Assembly (NCBI GenBank): GCA_027371725.1 | Contig: DAHXMN010000001.1 | Span: 400-64,399, forward strand | Origin: Candidatus Woesearchaeota archaeon | GTDB lineage: Archaea > Nanobdellota > Nanobdellia > Woesearchaeales > UBA525 | Reading direction: 5' to 3' | Length of the DNA stretch: 64,000 nucleotides | Shown: positions 27,746 through 36,549 of the stretch, piece after piece | How positions within the stretch are numbered: position 1 is the stretch's first letter | Layout of the letters: the number at the start of each line of letters is the position of its first letter | Translations under genes and position numbers: made by a program | The notes under the pieces: model-generated | Seen by the model: only the letters and a program-made list of their open reading frames with translations | Databases searched by the model: none | Told to the model about the DNA's origin: nothing

Positions 27746-29831
27746 GCGACCACTCCGCACCACCATCTACCTCGAAGCAACCCAACAAGCAGAAGAATAC
27801 CTCACTCACCAGACAATCCCGTTTCGTCGTGTCCGGCGACAGAACTATCGCAGGGAATGGCAGGACGTCTTCGAGATTGTCGTCCCTCATCTGGCCATGT
27901 TCGAGCGCTTCGTCCGATGGATCGAAGAAGGTACGAAGCACCAGGTCGCCCTCTACAACGCAGACATCACCCCGGAACAACGCTTCCTTTACGAGCACGG
28001 CCTCAGCGCCGGAACAACCGTCCTCCTCGACGGCGAGGAGTTCCACGTTCTTGACTCCAACGAAGCGGCCCCTTTCACCGTCGCACGGCTCACCGTCAGA
28101 ACTGACAAGCCCGTGGCGGCGGCAGAAGATACGCCGATACGCGGAATAGAACTAAACGAGACCCGGTTCGACGGGGAAGAACACTCGGTTCTTGAACGGT
28201 TCGCGGCGGCGTTTGTTCGTCTTGATCCGGACATCATCATCCTCGAACACGGCTACGCAGTCCTACCACACCTTGTTCGCCGCCTAGCAGCCCACAAGCT
28301 CTCAGTCGCGTTTCACCGTTGGGACGACACGCCAATCACTTACAAGGGTGGCAGGACGTTCTTCACCTACGGCAGGGTCCGTTACCAAGACTACGCCCTC
28401 GTCCTCCACGGACGGTTCCTCATTGACACGATGACGACCGTGGGAAGCACGTGCTCGCCGGATGGCATCCTCGAACTCTGCCAGCTCAGCGGGGTCCGGT
28501 TTCCGCAGGTCTGCGCCCGGAGCTTCGGAGCAGCCTTCCAAGGCGCACTCGTCAAGCAACTCCTTGCCCACCACTTCCTCGTTCCGTTCAAAGAGAAGCC
28601 CATCGACGAGCCCTTGAGCTTCATCGACCTTGTCAAAGGCGATCGAGCAGGCCAGTACCTTGATCCGGTCCTTGGCTTCCATCAGAACGTGGCAGAAATC
28701 GATTTCTCCTCGATGTATCCGTGGCTCATGTTCAACTACAACATCAGCGCTGAAGCCCTCCAATCAAAAGAAGAACCCCTCGTCGATGTACCAGGGCTTC
28801 CGCTCACGGTCTCGCACCGGCATAAAGGACTCGTCCCGCTGGCGATTAAGCCGTTCTTGGAGCGGCGTATGGCGTACAAGCGCACCCCAACCCCTGTTCA
28901 CAAGGAGCGTGCAGCTGCGCTGAAATGGGTCCTCGTGAGCAGCAACGGCTACCTGCGTTTCCGCGAGTTCAAGCTCGGCCTCCACACGAGCCATATGGCG
29001 CTCTGCGCCTACGCCCGCGAAACACTCCTCGCCTCGATGCGGCTCGCCGAAGAACAAGGATTCCGAGTCCTGCACGGCATCGTCGACAGCCTCTACCTCA
29101 CCAAACCAGGCATGACTGAGGAAGACGTCCGACGCTTCGCCAAAGACCTCGAAATCCTGACGGGCATCCCGGTCAGCATGGACGGCATCTTCAAATGGGT
29201 CGTCTTCCTCCCCAGCATCAACGACGACGACCGGGCACTCCCGGCACGGTACTACGGCGTCTTCACGGATGGCGAGATCAAAGCGCGTGGCCTTGAAGTC
29301 CGACAACTCAGCAGCGCACGCGTCGTCCAAGAATTCCAACACGAAATCCTCCAAGCCTTGAGCACCTGCTCCACCGCCGAGGAGATCAGAGAGGCGGCGC
29401 CCTTGCTCTGTCGGTTGCTTCGGCGGTTGCTCGGACGACTCGACCACGTCCCCCCGGAGTGGCTGACAATAAAGGTCTGTCTGAGCAAGACCGAGTACAA
29501 GCACAACGTCCCGCAAAAAGCCGTCGTCGAAGCCTACGCGAAACGAGGAATCCCTATCCAGCCTGGCCAATTCGTTCGCTACCTCTACCAAGAATCAGGT
29601 CCAGTCATCCCCGAGGACTACACCGGACCACCCGACGCAGACCGCTACGAAGCCCTATTGACCCGCGCCCTCTTCATCGTCCTCCAGCCCTTCGGTTTCA
29701 GCCGCGAATGGATTAGGGACCACACCCAACAAAGCCGACAGACGAGAGTCCCCGAATATGGAGAGATATTCGATAATACATTAAAGCTGCACGACCTTCC
29801 TGGTGCCTCATGTGCGGACGCTTCACCCTGA
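27660..29831 (+). CDS. family-B DNA polymerase, compact and apparently exonuclease-deficient
   Basis: Motif A EIDFSSMYPWLM (DxxSxYP), motif B-like LVSSNGYLRF, motif C HGIVDSLYL (a YGDTDS variant) and KxRG as IKARG. No recognisable ExoI DxE. Confidence 0.65.
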   Translation: MKAWFMDAYRHQSNLILWFKTPDENIRLERPLRTTIYLEATQQAEEYLTHQTIPFRRVRRQNYRREWQDVFEIVVPHLAMFERFVRWIEEGTKHQVALYNADITPEQRFLYEHGLSAGTTVLLDGEEFHVLDSNEAAPFTVARLTVRTDKPVAAAEDTPIRGIELNETRFDGEEHSVLERFAAAFVRLDPDIIILEHGYAVLPHLVRRLAAHKLSVAFHRWDDTPITYKGGRTFFTYGRVRYQDYALVLHGRFLIDTMTTVGSTCSPDGILELCQLSGVRFPQVCARSFGAAFQGALVKQLLAHHFLVPFKEKPIDEPLSFIDLVKGDRAGQYLDPVLGFHQNVAEIDFSSMYPWLMFNYNISAEALQSKEEPLVDVPGLPLTVSHRHKGLVPLAIKPFLERRMAYKRTPTPVHKERAAALKWVLVSSNGYLRFREFKLGLHTSHMALCAYARETLLASMRLAEEQGFRVLHGIVDSLYLTKPGMTEEDVRRFAKDLEILTGIPVSMDGIFKWVVFLPSINDDDRALPARYYGVFTDGEIKARGLEVRQLSSARVVQEFQHEILQALSTCSTAEEIREAAPLLCRLLRRLLGRLDHVPPEWLTIKVCLSKTEYKHNVPQKAVVEAYAKRGIPIQPGQFVRYLYQESGPVIPEDYTGPPDADRYEALLTRALFIVLQPFGFSREWIRDHTQQSRQTRVPEYGEIFDNTLKLHDLPGASCADASP

Positions 29832-30469
29832 TAACGCCGATGAACGAGCTCGTCCAACGCTTCCGAGTAGAAGCACCCAGCAAAGAATGGAAAGCACGGT
29901 ACAACGCGGCACCCACGCAGGAACTCCTCATCATCCCCCAGGATTACCCTGAGAAGATCGTGGCGGCGCGATGGGGCCTCGTTCCGCATTGGGCGAAGGA
30001 CACGAGCATCGGCTACAAAATGATCAACGCCAAAGCAGAAACCCTCGCAGAAAAACCCTCCTACAAGCCCCTCCTCGGACAAAAACGGTGCCTCGTCCTC
30101 GCCGACGGGTTCTACGAATGGAAACACGTCGGCAAGACAAAAACCCCCTTCAGAATCACCAAGCCCGACGGCAAGGCATTCGCCTTTGCCGGTCTCTACG
30201 ACGACTGGAAGCACGACGGCGAAACCCTCCGCAGCTTCACCATCATCACCACCGAACCAAACCCAATCATGAAGCCGATTCACGACCGCATGCCAGCAAT
30301 CCTCCCCGCAGAAAAGGAGCAAGAATGGCTCACAGGCGAGTCAGCCTCCGCCCTCAAACTCCTCAAGCCATTTGCAGGCAAACTCGCCCTACAGCAAGTC
30401 TCGGAGAAAGTCAACATTCCCGCAAATGACGACCCATCCGTCCTCAAAGGACCGCAACTACTCCGATAG
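29810..30469 (+). CDS. SOS-response-associated peptidase (SRAP/YedK/HMCES family)
   Basis: N-terminal MCGRF (catalytic Cys2). About 220 aa with a family-like sequence throughout (…WGLVPHW…). Confidence 0.8.
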   Translation: MCGRFTLITPMNELVQRFRVEAPSKEWKARYNAAPTQELLIIPQDYPEKIVAARWGLVPHWAKDTSIGYKMINAKAETLAEKPSYKPLLGQKRCLVLADGFYEWKHVGKTKTPFRITKPDGKAFAFAGLYDDWKHDGETLRSFTIITTEPNPIMKPIHDRMPAILPAEKEQEWLTGESASALKLLKPFAGKLALQQVSEKVNIPANDDPSVLKGPQLLR

Positions 30470-30474
30470 ATAGT

Positions 30475-30630
30475 CATTCTCCGAGGCAAGCTAACAAACA
30501 ATCGCAGACATTCTCATGGCATGAACGAGAATTTTATAAACCGCATCACACCCATTCACACTAGCACGCTGGAGGACTGGTGGAGTCCTCTCGATACCGG
30601 GAACGGCTCACCGCCGGGCGGGGCTATTAT
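30475..30630. repeat. element right-end repeat A (about 155 bp) ending in the attR 17-mer (30614..30630)
   Basis: About 75% identical to 35900..36060. Contains catgaacgagaattttataaa, atcacacccattca and gagtcctctcgatac blocks. Confidence 0.7.
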
Positions 30631-30759
30631 CACTTTTGATGATTTCAAGGGGCTCTCTAAGATTTTCAGCCTGGATTCGATCAGAATAATCACTTCTTGG
30701 ATGGTCTGACAGCCATATTTGCGCAGAAGACGCTCTTTTTCCTGTTCGAGGAGATCCAT
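30556..30759 (-). CDS. paralogue of the integrase-downstream small ORF (spans attR)
   Basis: MDLLEQEKERLLRKYGCQTIQEVIILIESRL... is homologous to 8728..8904. Confidence 0.4.
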   Translation of the reverse strand: MDLLEQEKERLLRKYGCQTIQEVIILIESRLKILESPLKSSKVIIAPPGGEPFPVSRGLHQSSSVLV

Positions 30760-30868
30760 GCACTCGAAAGCCAACGTCCCGAGCCGGTTGTAGCCGTACC
30801 TCTCGAAGACGTGCTTGGGCATCGTGATTAAATTTATATAGGCCGTTAGATTTTATGTTCTTGGGGGG

Positions 30869-33019
30869 ATGTTCATGAAAGGTGCTGTCGTATCCATTGC
30901 GTTCTGTATCGCGATCGCATTGCTTCTGTTCGCGGATTCCGCGGCGGCGCTGAATACAGTGCCGATGCGGACGGTCACGGTTCTCCCGTCGACAATGCCT
31001 ATCCTGACGCTCAACACGACCAACACGAGCATCGCTCCGCGGCCGGTCTTCTTCGCGGCGACCACGACCCTGAGCCCGGCGGCCATCACCGCGGCGCTCG
31101 AGGCGCTCAAGACCGGACCGATGGTCTACGTCGCCGGCCGGCCGGCGCAGGTGATTGACTCCTCGGCACGCGAGGCCGTCGCCACCATACGTTCGGACGA
31201 GCCGGACAGCAGCATCCCGGCCATAGGGGTCTCGCCGGACGGGCAGTATGTCTACATCGCGATCGCCTGGTCGGTGACCGCGCAGGATTCGCTCGGCCCG
31301 TACAACGAGGCGCATTGCGCGGTCGTGCGCCTCAATGCCAGCACGCAGGTGCCGATCGACCATTTCTCCTTTGACTGGATCCGGCCGGAGCACATGGCGG
31401 TCGCGCCGGACGGCAAGGTCTATCTCGGCTACCAGGAAGCGAGATATCCTGACCATGCGGGCGTGGAGATCCTCGACTTCTCGCAGAAGAAGAGATGGTA
31501 TCTCACGTACGAGCAGGCCATGATCATGAACGTCTTCGCATTCTCGCCGGACGGCGGCCACGTCTACTACGCGGGCTGGTGGAGCTCTCCTGGGATCTAC
31601 GACCTCGATTGGAGCGTGAACAATGTCCACTACTACCCCCTGCCGGGGGACGACAGCGTCTCGGCAAGCTACACGAGATCCATCGCGGTCGGCGCCGGCG
31701 GCAGGATGGTCTACGCCGTCGTGAACCGGAACAAGGGCATCTTCGCGATGAACACGGAGGACAAGAACAAGCAGGTGATTCCGACGGACTACGTCCCGGT
31801 CACGCTCGCGACGTCTCCCGACAGGAGCACGCTCTACGTCATCGGCTATTTCTACAACCAGGACAACCAGCCGGTCTACGTCATGCACAAGTACACCGGC
31901 TTGAAGGCGGTCGGCCCGTTCTACACGAGCCAGCTCGACTACTCGGTCACGGACAAAGCGATGTTCTACACGACCGATGCCATGGACTACCTCACACCGA
32001 GCGAAGGCTATCCATCGTACATGGCCGTGACCGCTGACGGGAAATACGCCTACATCACGCTCGGGAAGGGCGACGGCGTCAGCGACGGGCACGGCAGCTC
32101 GGTCATGGTGTACGACCTCGAGTACCTGCATCAGGTCTCGGAGATCCCGGTCAAGAACGCGTACATGGACGTCGCCGCCTCGCCCGCGAAGATCCTCTTC
32201 ACGCCCGAGAACGAGCTTCAGCCCGACACGAACACCCCTGCGCCGGACGACCCTCACGCGTTCCTCGTCAAGAAGACCTACCCGGCGAACGGCTCCTACG
32301 CGAGCCTCTATCAAAAGGACTTCTTCAACGTCAACGCCATCTTCACGGCCAAGCTCGACAACATGACGGTGAGCAACGCCACGTTCACGGTTGCTGAGAA
32401 GTCCGGAACGCCGGTCGCCGGCAAGGTGAGCTCGGCGCAGAACATCGTCATCTTCATGCCGACGAGCCAGCTCAAGCCGAACACGGATTACGTCGCCACT
32501 ATCACCACAGGACTCAAGTCCGTCGACGGGTACGCGCTCGCCGCGCCGCTCCATTGGACGTTCACCACGAGGGCCGGCCTCATCGGGTTCACGAACCTTT
32601 CTATCGCGACGTCGAACGTGACGCTGATCCGGCCGTCACAGCCCAGGACCTTCCCCATCATCTTCCCGAACCAGACGAACGACCAATTAGACCCGTCGAA
32701 CCAACCCAACCAGACCATCCCTCAAACGAGTAATCCGATCGTCCCGCAGCAGCGGCAAGGAACCCTGCATGGCGGGGTCGATGGCGGCTCACAGACCGAC
32801 AGCGGCACGCCGAGCAACGCGCGAAACACCTCGCCATCGAAGAACGTCACGGCGTCGGCGAACCGGATCCCTCCCGCCGGAGGGGAGACAGTCCCCGCCA
32901 CGCTCAACGAGCGGCAGGACATCAACCGCATTAATCCGCAGCCCGAACCCCCGAACGCGAGCCCCGGTTTCCTCGGTCGTATCGCAGCCCTCTTACGGTC
33001 GCTTTTCGGGATGAAATGA
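30869..33019 (+). CDS. secreted YVTN-type beta-propeller repeat protein with an Ig-like domain, a Pro/Thr/Asn/Gln-rich linker and a possible PGF-CTERM-like tail
   Basis: Signal peptide. Repeats SPDGQYVYIA, APDGKVYLGY, SPDGGHVYYAG, SPDRSTLYVIGY and TADGKYAYITLG. C-terminus ...NASPGFLGRIAALLRSLFGMK. Confidence 0.65.
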   Translation: MFMKGAVVSIAFCIAIALLLFADSAAALNTVPMRTVTVLPSTMPILTLNTTNTSIAPRPVFFAATTTLSPAAITAALEALKTGPMVYVAGRPAQVIDSSAREAVATIRSDEPDSSIPAIGVSPDGQYVYIAIAWSVTAQDSLGPYNEAHCAVVRLNASTQVPIDHFSFDWIRPEHMAVAPDGKVYLGYQEARYPDHAGVEILDFSQKKRWYLTYEQAMIMNVFAFSPDGGHVYYAGWWSSPGIYDLDWSVNNVHYYPLPGDDSVSASYTRSIAVGAGGRMVYAVVNRNKGIFAMNTEDKNKQVIPTDYVPVTLATSPDRSTLYVIGYFYNQDNQPVYVMHKYTGLKAVGPFYTSQLDYSVTDKAMFYTTDAMDYLTPSEGYPSYMAVTADGKYAYITLGKGDGVSDGHGSSVMVYDLEYLHQVSEIPVKNAYMDVAASPAKILFTPENELQPDTNTPAPDDPHAFLVKKTYPANGSYASLYQKDFFNVNAIFTAKLDNMTVSNATFTVAEKSGTPVAGKVSSAQNIVIFMPTSQLKPNTDYVATITTGLKSVDGYALAAPLHWTFTTRAGLIGFTNLSIATSNVTLIRPSQPRTFPIIFPNQTNDQLDPSNQPNQTIPQTSNPIVPQQRQGTLHGGVDGGSQTDSGTPSNARNTSPSKNVTASANRIPPAGGETVPATLNERQDINRINPQPEPPNASPGFLGRIAALLRSLFGMK

Positions 33020-33044
33020 GCGAGATCATTTCGGTGCATAAGGA

Positions 33045-33165
33045 TGTTGTTGGGGATGCTGTATGGCTGGTCGGTCACGACGAGATCGACGCCGCTATTG
33101 GACAACTCCTTGAGATACTCTAGGCAATCCCTACAGGCGATGGTGTTCAGTTCCATGCCCTGCAA
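33045..33165 (-). pseudogene. 5' remnant of a beta-class MTase (DQPY instead of DPPY), truncated at the duplication boundary
   Basis: MELNTIACRDCLEYLKELSNSGVDLVVTDQPY is homologous to the N-terminus of 25806..26540. Homology stops at about 33057. Confidence 0.6.
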
Positions 33166-33221
33166 CGGGTTGCACTTTCAGAAATCCGGGACTCGGAAAA
33201 TGTACATCAAAAAAAGAAGTT

Positions 33222-33353
33222 TTAGTCACGACCCTCATTAGCACCATCCTCGAACCCGTCCTGGTAGAGCTTGTTCAGGACGGTGTCAAGCTCCTCCTTC
33301 GTCTTGGCCGTCTTGACTGCTTTCCGATATCCCTCAAGGTATTTATCAGCCAT
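33222..33353 (-). CDS. tiny conserved ORF (43 aa), copy 2
   Basis: MADKYLEGYRKAVKTAKTKEELDTVLNKLYQDGFEDGANEGRD. Confidence 0.45.
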   Translation of the reverse strand: MADKYLEGYRKAVKTAKTKEELDTVLNKLYQDGFEDGANEGRD

Positions 33354-33366
33354 GGCGTTCACCCCC

Positions 33367-33495
33367 TTATTCTCGCAGCAGATCGTCGAAATCGACGTAG
33401 TCATGCGGATTCTCCACGTTCCGGAACTGGCGCAGCCGATCATCCCGGAAAAACCACTTTCCCTTCATCTCCACTATCGGTAGTTGGGTCACCAT
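33367..33495 (-). CDS. tiny conserved ORF (42 aa), copy 2
   Basis: MVTQLPIVEMKGKWFFRDDRLRQFRNVENPHDYVDFDDLLRE. Confidence 0.45.
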   Translation of the reverse strand: MVTQLPIVEMKGKWFFRDDRLRQFRNVENPHDYVDFDDLLRE

Positions 33496-33616
33496 AGGTT
33501 ATCGCCTCCTGAGAAAGAACAAGGACGCGGGAGAGCATTAGTGTTGCTCGGAGATTGTATGACGAAGGGTGTTTTAGGCGAAAAATTGATAAATATTAGC
33601 GTATTCTAATATTCTT

Positions 33617-33913
33617 ATGGATGAGATGTATCAGCGTCATGCCGAGCTGTGCAAGGTGTTCGCCAGCCCCACCCGACTGGAGATCGTGGATCTCTTGCGA
33701 AGCAAAGAACTCTCCGTCACGGCGCTTGTGGAAAAGACCAAGATGGGTCAGGCCAACATCTCACAGCATCTTGCGATTATGAAGTACAAAGGGATTGTGA
33801 CCTCGCGTCGGAGCGGGACGAACGTCTACTATGCGCTCGCAGATTCCCGGATTGTGGCGGCGTTCGACATCATCTGCGAGGTGCTCGCGAAGAAGCGAAT
33901 GATCGGAGCGTGA
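33617..33913 (+). CDS. ArsR/SmtB-family transcriptional regulator
   Basis: FASPTRLEIVDLL ... ANISQHLAIMKYKGIV HTH. Confidence 0.85.
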   Translation: MDEMYQRHAELCKVFASPTRLEIVDLLRSKELSVTALVEKTKMGQANISQHLAIMKYKGIVTSRRSGTNVYYALADSRIVAAFDIICEVLAKKRMIGA

Positions 33914-33918
33914 ACAGC

Positions 33919-34206
33919 ATGGAGAAAGACCAACAAATCCTCGTGTGGGTGCTCATCGGCGTCGTGGCGCTCCTCCTGCTCGGCAGCGGGACGATGATGG
34001 GCGGGTATGGCATGATGGGCTACGGCATGGGCATCGGATTCCTCTTCATGCTCCTTTTCATCGGCGTCGTCATCTGGCTCATCGTCACCCTCGTCAATGC
34101 CGCTAAGAAGGATGAGACGACCCCCTTGACTGTGCTCAAGAAGCGGTACGCCGCAGGAGAGATCTCCAAGAAGCAGTATGCGACGATGAAAAAAGAGTTG
34201 GAGTGA
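33919..34206 (+). CDS. SHOCT-domain small membrane protein
   Basis: Two TM helices followed by LKKRYAAGEISKKQYATMKKEL (SHOCT). Confidence 0.65.
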   Translation: MEKDQQILVWVLIGVVALLLLGSGTMMGGYGMMGYGMGIGFLFMLLFIGVVIWLIVTLVNAAKKDETTPLTVLKKRYAAGEISKKQYATMKKELE

Positions 34207-34209
34207 ACG

Positions 34210-34608
34210 GTGCGACTGATGAACCCTGACGAGTTCTCCTACGCGGTCGAGACAGAGAAGAGTTTCGATGACGCCGTGATCGCGGTGCTCAGATCGGTGG
34301 AACAGCGAGGATGGGCCCTCTTCCAAGTCTACGATATCAAAGAGCGCATGGCGGCCAAAGGATTCACGCACCCGCCACTGAAAATTATTGAGCTCTGCGC
34401 GGCCAAGCACGCGAACCAGCTTCTCAAACAGAACAGGCTCGTATCCCTGTGCATGCCCTGCAAGATCAACGTGCTCCAGGACGGCGCGACGGTACGCATC
34501 GTCACCCTGAAACCCGCCATGATGACGCAGATTTTCCCCGGCATCAGCTTGGAGGACGCGAAGAACATCGAGAAAGACGTTATCGAGATCGTCAACGGGG
34601 CAAGGTGA
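34210..34608 (+). CDS. DUF302-family protein
   Basis: 132 aa with a DUF302-like pattern (...LCMPCKINVLQDGATVRI...). Confidence 0.55.
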   Translation: MRLMNPDEFSYAVETEKSFDDAVIAVLRSVEQRGWALFQVYDIKERMAAKGFTHPPLKIIELCAAKHANQLLKQNRLVSLCMPCKINVLQDGATVRIVTLKPAMMTQIFPGISLEDAKNIEKDVIEIVNGAR

Positions 34609-34612
34609 ACTC

Positions 34613-34936
34613 ATGAACATCGGTATCATCCTCAACACGAACGACGCGGAAACCTGCTGGAACTGCTTCCGATTCGCCAACGAAGCCCGTGCACGCCACG
34701 ACGTGAAGGTCTTCCTCCTCGGCAAAGGGGTAGAGCTCGACAACGTCCAGGACGCGAAGTTCCCCCTCCTCCAAGCCATGATCAAGAAGTTCACGACGAA
34801 CAACGGGACGATTCTCGCCTGTGGCACCTGCCTCAAACTGCGCGACAAGCCCGGAAGCGAGATATGTCCCGTCTCAACGATGGCCGAACTCCTCCGGCTC
34901 GTCGAGGAATCAGAGCGAATCATCACTTTCGGTTAG
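34613..34936 (+). CDS. DsrE/DsrF-like (sulfur-relay/peroxiredoxin-like fold) family protein
   Basis: 107 aa with GTILACGTCLKLR. Confidence 0.55.
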   Translation: MNIGIILNTNDAETCWNCFRFANEARARHDVKVFLLGKGVELDNVQDAKFPLLQAMIKKFTTNNGTILACGTCLKLRDKPGSEICPVSTMAELLRLVEESERIITFG

Positions 34937-34996
34937 ATTGGTCCTTCTAGCAAACATTCGTGAATCTTTATAAGCGGTTGTTGCCGTCATCGGTGC

Positions 34997-35887
34997 ATGT
35001 CCCACCATTGGGGGTATGTCTACGCGCTTGGAGCGGCGTTGCTCTTTGGCGTGAGCGCGACGCTTAACAAGCTCGTGCTTGCAACGGTGCACCCGCTCAT
35101 CGTCTCCGCAATCATCTACGGTTGCGCAGGACTTGTGCTTGGCGCGGTGCGGTTCTCCCCACTCTATCCTCTCGTCGCGTCGTCGCTGCACCTGAGACAT
35201 GAGTCTGTGCGGCTTACGAGGCGTGATTGGGTGCTCATCGTCCTGATCGCCATATTTGGTGCGGTGCTCGGACCGCTCTTATTCCTCTCTGGCTTGCAGG
35301 TTGCCTCAGCTTCGAGCGCGTCCTTGCTGCTTAACGCCGAGGTTCTCTTCACCGCCTTGCTCGCGATGCTTTTCTTGCGTGAGCGTGCGCGTCCGCGTGA
35401 GTACGTCGCGCTCGTCCTGCTCTTTCTCGGTGCGGTCGTCGTCACGACGAACCTTCAGTTCGGCGGTGCGAGCATGGCGGGAAGCTTGCTCATCGTCGCT
35501 GGCACGTTCTGCTGGGCGGTCGACAACACGCTGAGCAAGAAACTGAGCATTGAGAGCGATGTGATGAAGGTCGCGGCACTCAAAGGCCTCATCGGCAGCG
35601 CCATCCTGCTCGTCCTCGCGTTCTTCCTCGGCCTCCCGCTCACGATTCCGCCGCTCGCGATCCCGTATCTGCTCTTCGTCGGCTGCTTGAGCATCGGCGC
35701 GTCCTTGCTCCTGTTCCTGTCGGCGATGCGCATCATCGGTTCGATGCGCACCGTCGCGATCTTCGCGACTTCTTCGCTTTTCGGCGTCCTCGCCGCGTTT
35801 TTCCTCCTTCACGAGACGGTCTCGTTCGTGCAACTCGGAGCGGGAGCCGTGATGATCTACGCCGTTTACTTGCTAGCCAATAAATGA
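34997..35887 (+). CDS. EamA/DMT-family transporter (10 TM)
   Basis: Duplicated EamA domains. Confidence 0.8.
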   Translation: MSHHWGYVYALGAALLFGVSATLNKLVLATVHPLIVSAIIYGCAGLVLGAVRFSPLYPLVASSLHLRHESVRLTRRDWVLIVLIAIFGAVLGPLLFLSGLQVASASSASLLLNAEVLFTALLAMLFLRERARPREYVALVLLFLGAVVVTTNLQFGGASMAGSLLIVAGTFCWAVDNTLSKKLSIESDVMKVAALKGLIGSAILLVLAFFLGLPLTIPPLAIPYLLFVGCLSIGASLLLFLSAMRIIGSMRTVAIFATSSLFGVLAAFFLLHETVSFVQLGAGAVMIYAVYLLANK

Positions 35888-35899
35888 CGGACGCTTTGT

Positions 35900-36060
35900 A
35901 AAACATTCTCCGAGACAAGCTAATGCGCTCTCGAGGACTTTCGAATAGCATGAACGAGAATTTTATAAATGGTATCACACCCATTCATACCGGCGCCGCA
36001 GGAGGAATCGTAGAGTCCTCTCGATACTCAGAACGGCTCAGCGCCGGGCGGGGTCATTCT
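35900..36060. repeat. element right-end repeat B ending in the degenerate att (CCGGGCGGGGtCATTcT, 36044..36060)
   Basis: About 75% identical to 30475..30630. Confidence 0.65.
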
Positions 36061-36072
36061 TAGTGAGCGTTT

Positions 36073-36549
36073 TCACCTCGCTGCCTTCTTCACGAGGGCC
36101 GCGATTCGCTTCTCGTCCGTCGGCGTCAGTTCCGTCAGCGCGTAGGCGGTCGGCCACATCCTGTCCTCGTCGAGATTCGCTTTGTCGCTGAAGCCGAGCG
36201 TCGCGTACCGTGCCTTGAACTTCGCCGCGTCCTGGAAGAAGCAGAGGATCTTGCCGTCCTTGGCGTACGCGGGCATGCCGTACCAGAGCCGCGGCGTCAG
36301 CGACGGCGCGCTCTTCATGACGAGGCTGTGGATCCGCTCGCCCAGGACGCGATCAGTCCCTTTCATCGCGGCGATCCTCGCGAGGACGGCTTGCTCTCCC
36401 TCCCCTGCTCCTTTCATCTCCTGGATGCGCTCCCGCATCGCGGCCCGTTCCTCGGCAGTGAATCCTCCGTTCCCGGTCGGTTTGGCCATGTGGTTCGTCC
36501 CGCACCCGTGTTGTCCCTTCTTTTTATCATTCTTGTCCTTGTCCCTCAA
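36073..36549 (-). CDS. DUF1801/YdhG-like protein
   Basis: ...[32 protein letters not shown]... The start may be the internal MAKPTG. Confidence 0.55.
   Translation of the reverse strand: MRDKDKNDKKKGQHGCGTNHMAKPTGNGGFTAEERAAMRERIQEMKGAGEGEQAVLARIAAMKGTDRVLGERIHSLVMKSAPSLTPRLWYGMPAYAKDGKILCFFQDAAKFKARYATLGFSDKANLDEDRMWPTAYALTELTPTDEKRIAALVKKAAR

Larger units (their letters stand above)
8715..30630. mobile_element. Integrated element (about 21.9 kb) at tRNA-Gln(CTG), with conjugative-plasmid-like or provirus-like content; the GC content is mosaic
   Basis: Perfect 17-bp direct repeats at both ends. A tyrosine integrase lies adjacent to attL. Most of the interior (8.7-27 kb) is AT-rich (about 40-45% GC). 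Cargo comprises VirB4-like/pilin-like genes, TFB, MTases, a defence-like operon, and PolB plus SRAP. Confidence 0.8.
33045..33570. repeat. about 0.5-kb duplicated module, copy 2
   Basis: See 26445..26950. Confidence 0.7.
30614..36060. mobile_element. second, decayed, integrase-less element inserted in tandem at the same att site
   Basis: Bounded by attR and the degenerate att at 36044..36060. Its right end is homologous to element 1's right end. It carries a paralogue of the int-downstream small ORF, a truncated MTase and a duplicate of the tiny-ORF module. Confidence 0.6.

Noticed and set aside
30608-32554. 648-aa minus-strand ORF
   Set aside because: Antisense to the YVTN beta-propeller gene and Arg/Asp/Val-rich without motifs. 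The ORF 30556..30822 at its 3' end is retained only for the MDLLEQ paralogue segment.
32722-33044. C-terminal two-thirds of track ORF 32722..33165
   Set aside because: Homology to the beta-MTase stops at about 33057. The remainder is an open antisense frame over the 3' end of the YVTN gene.
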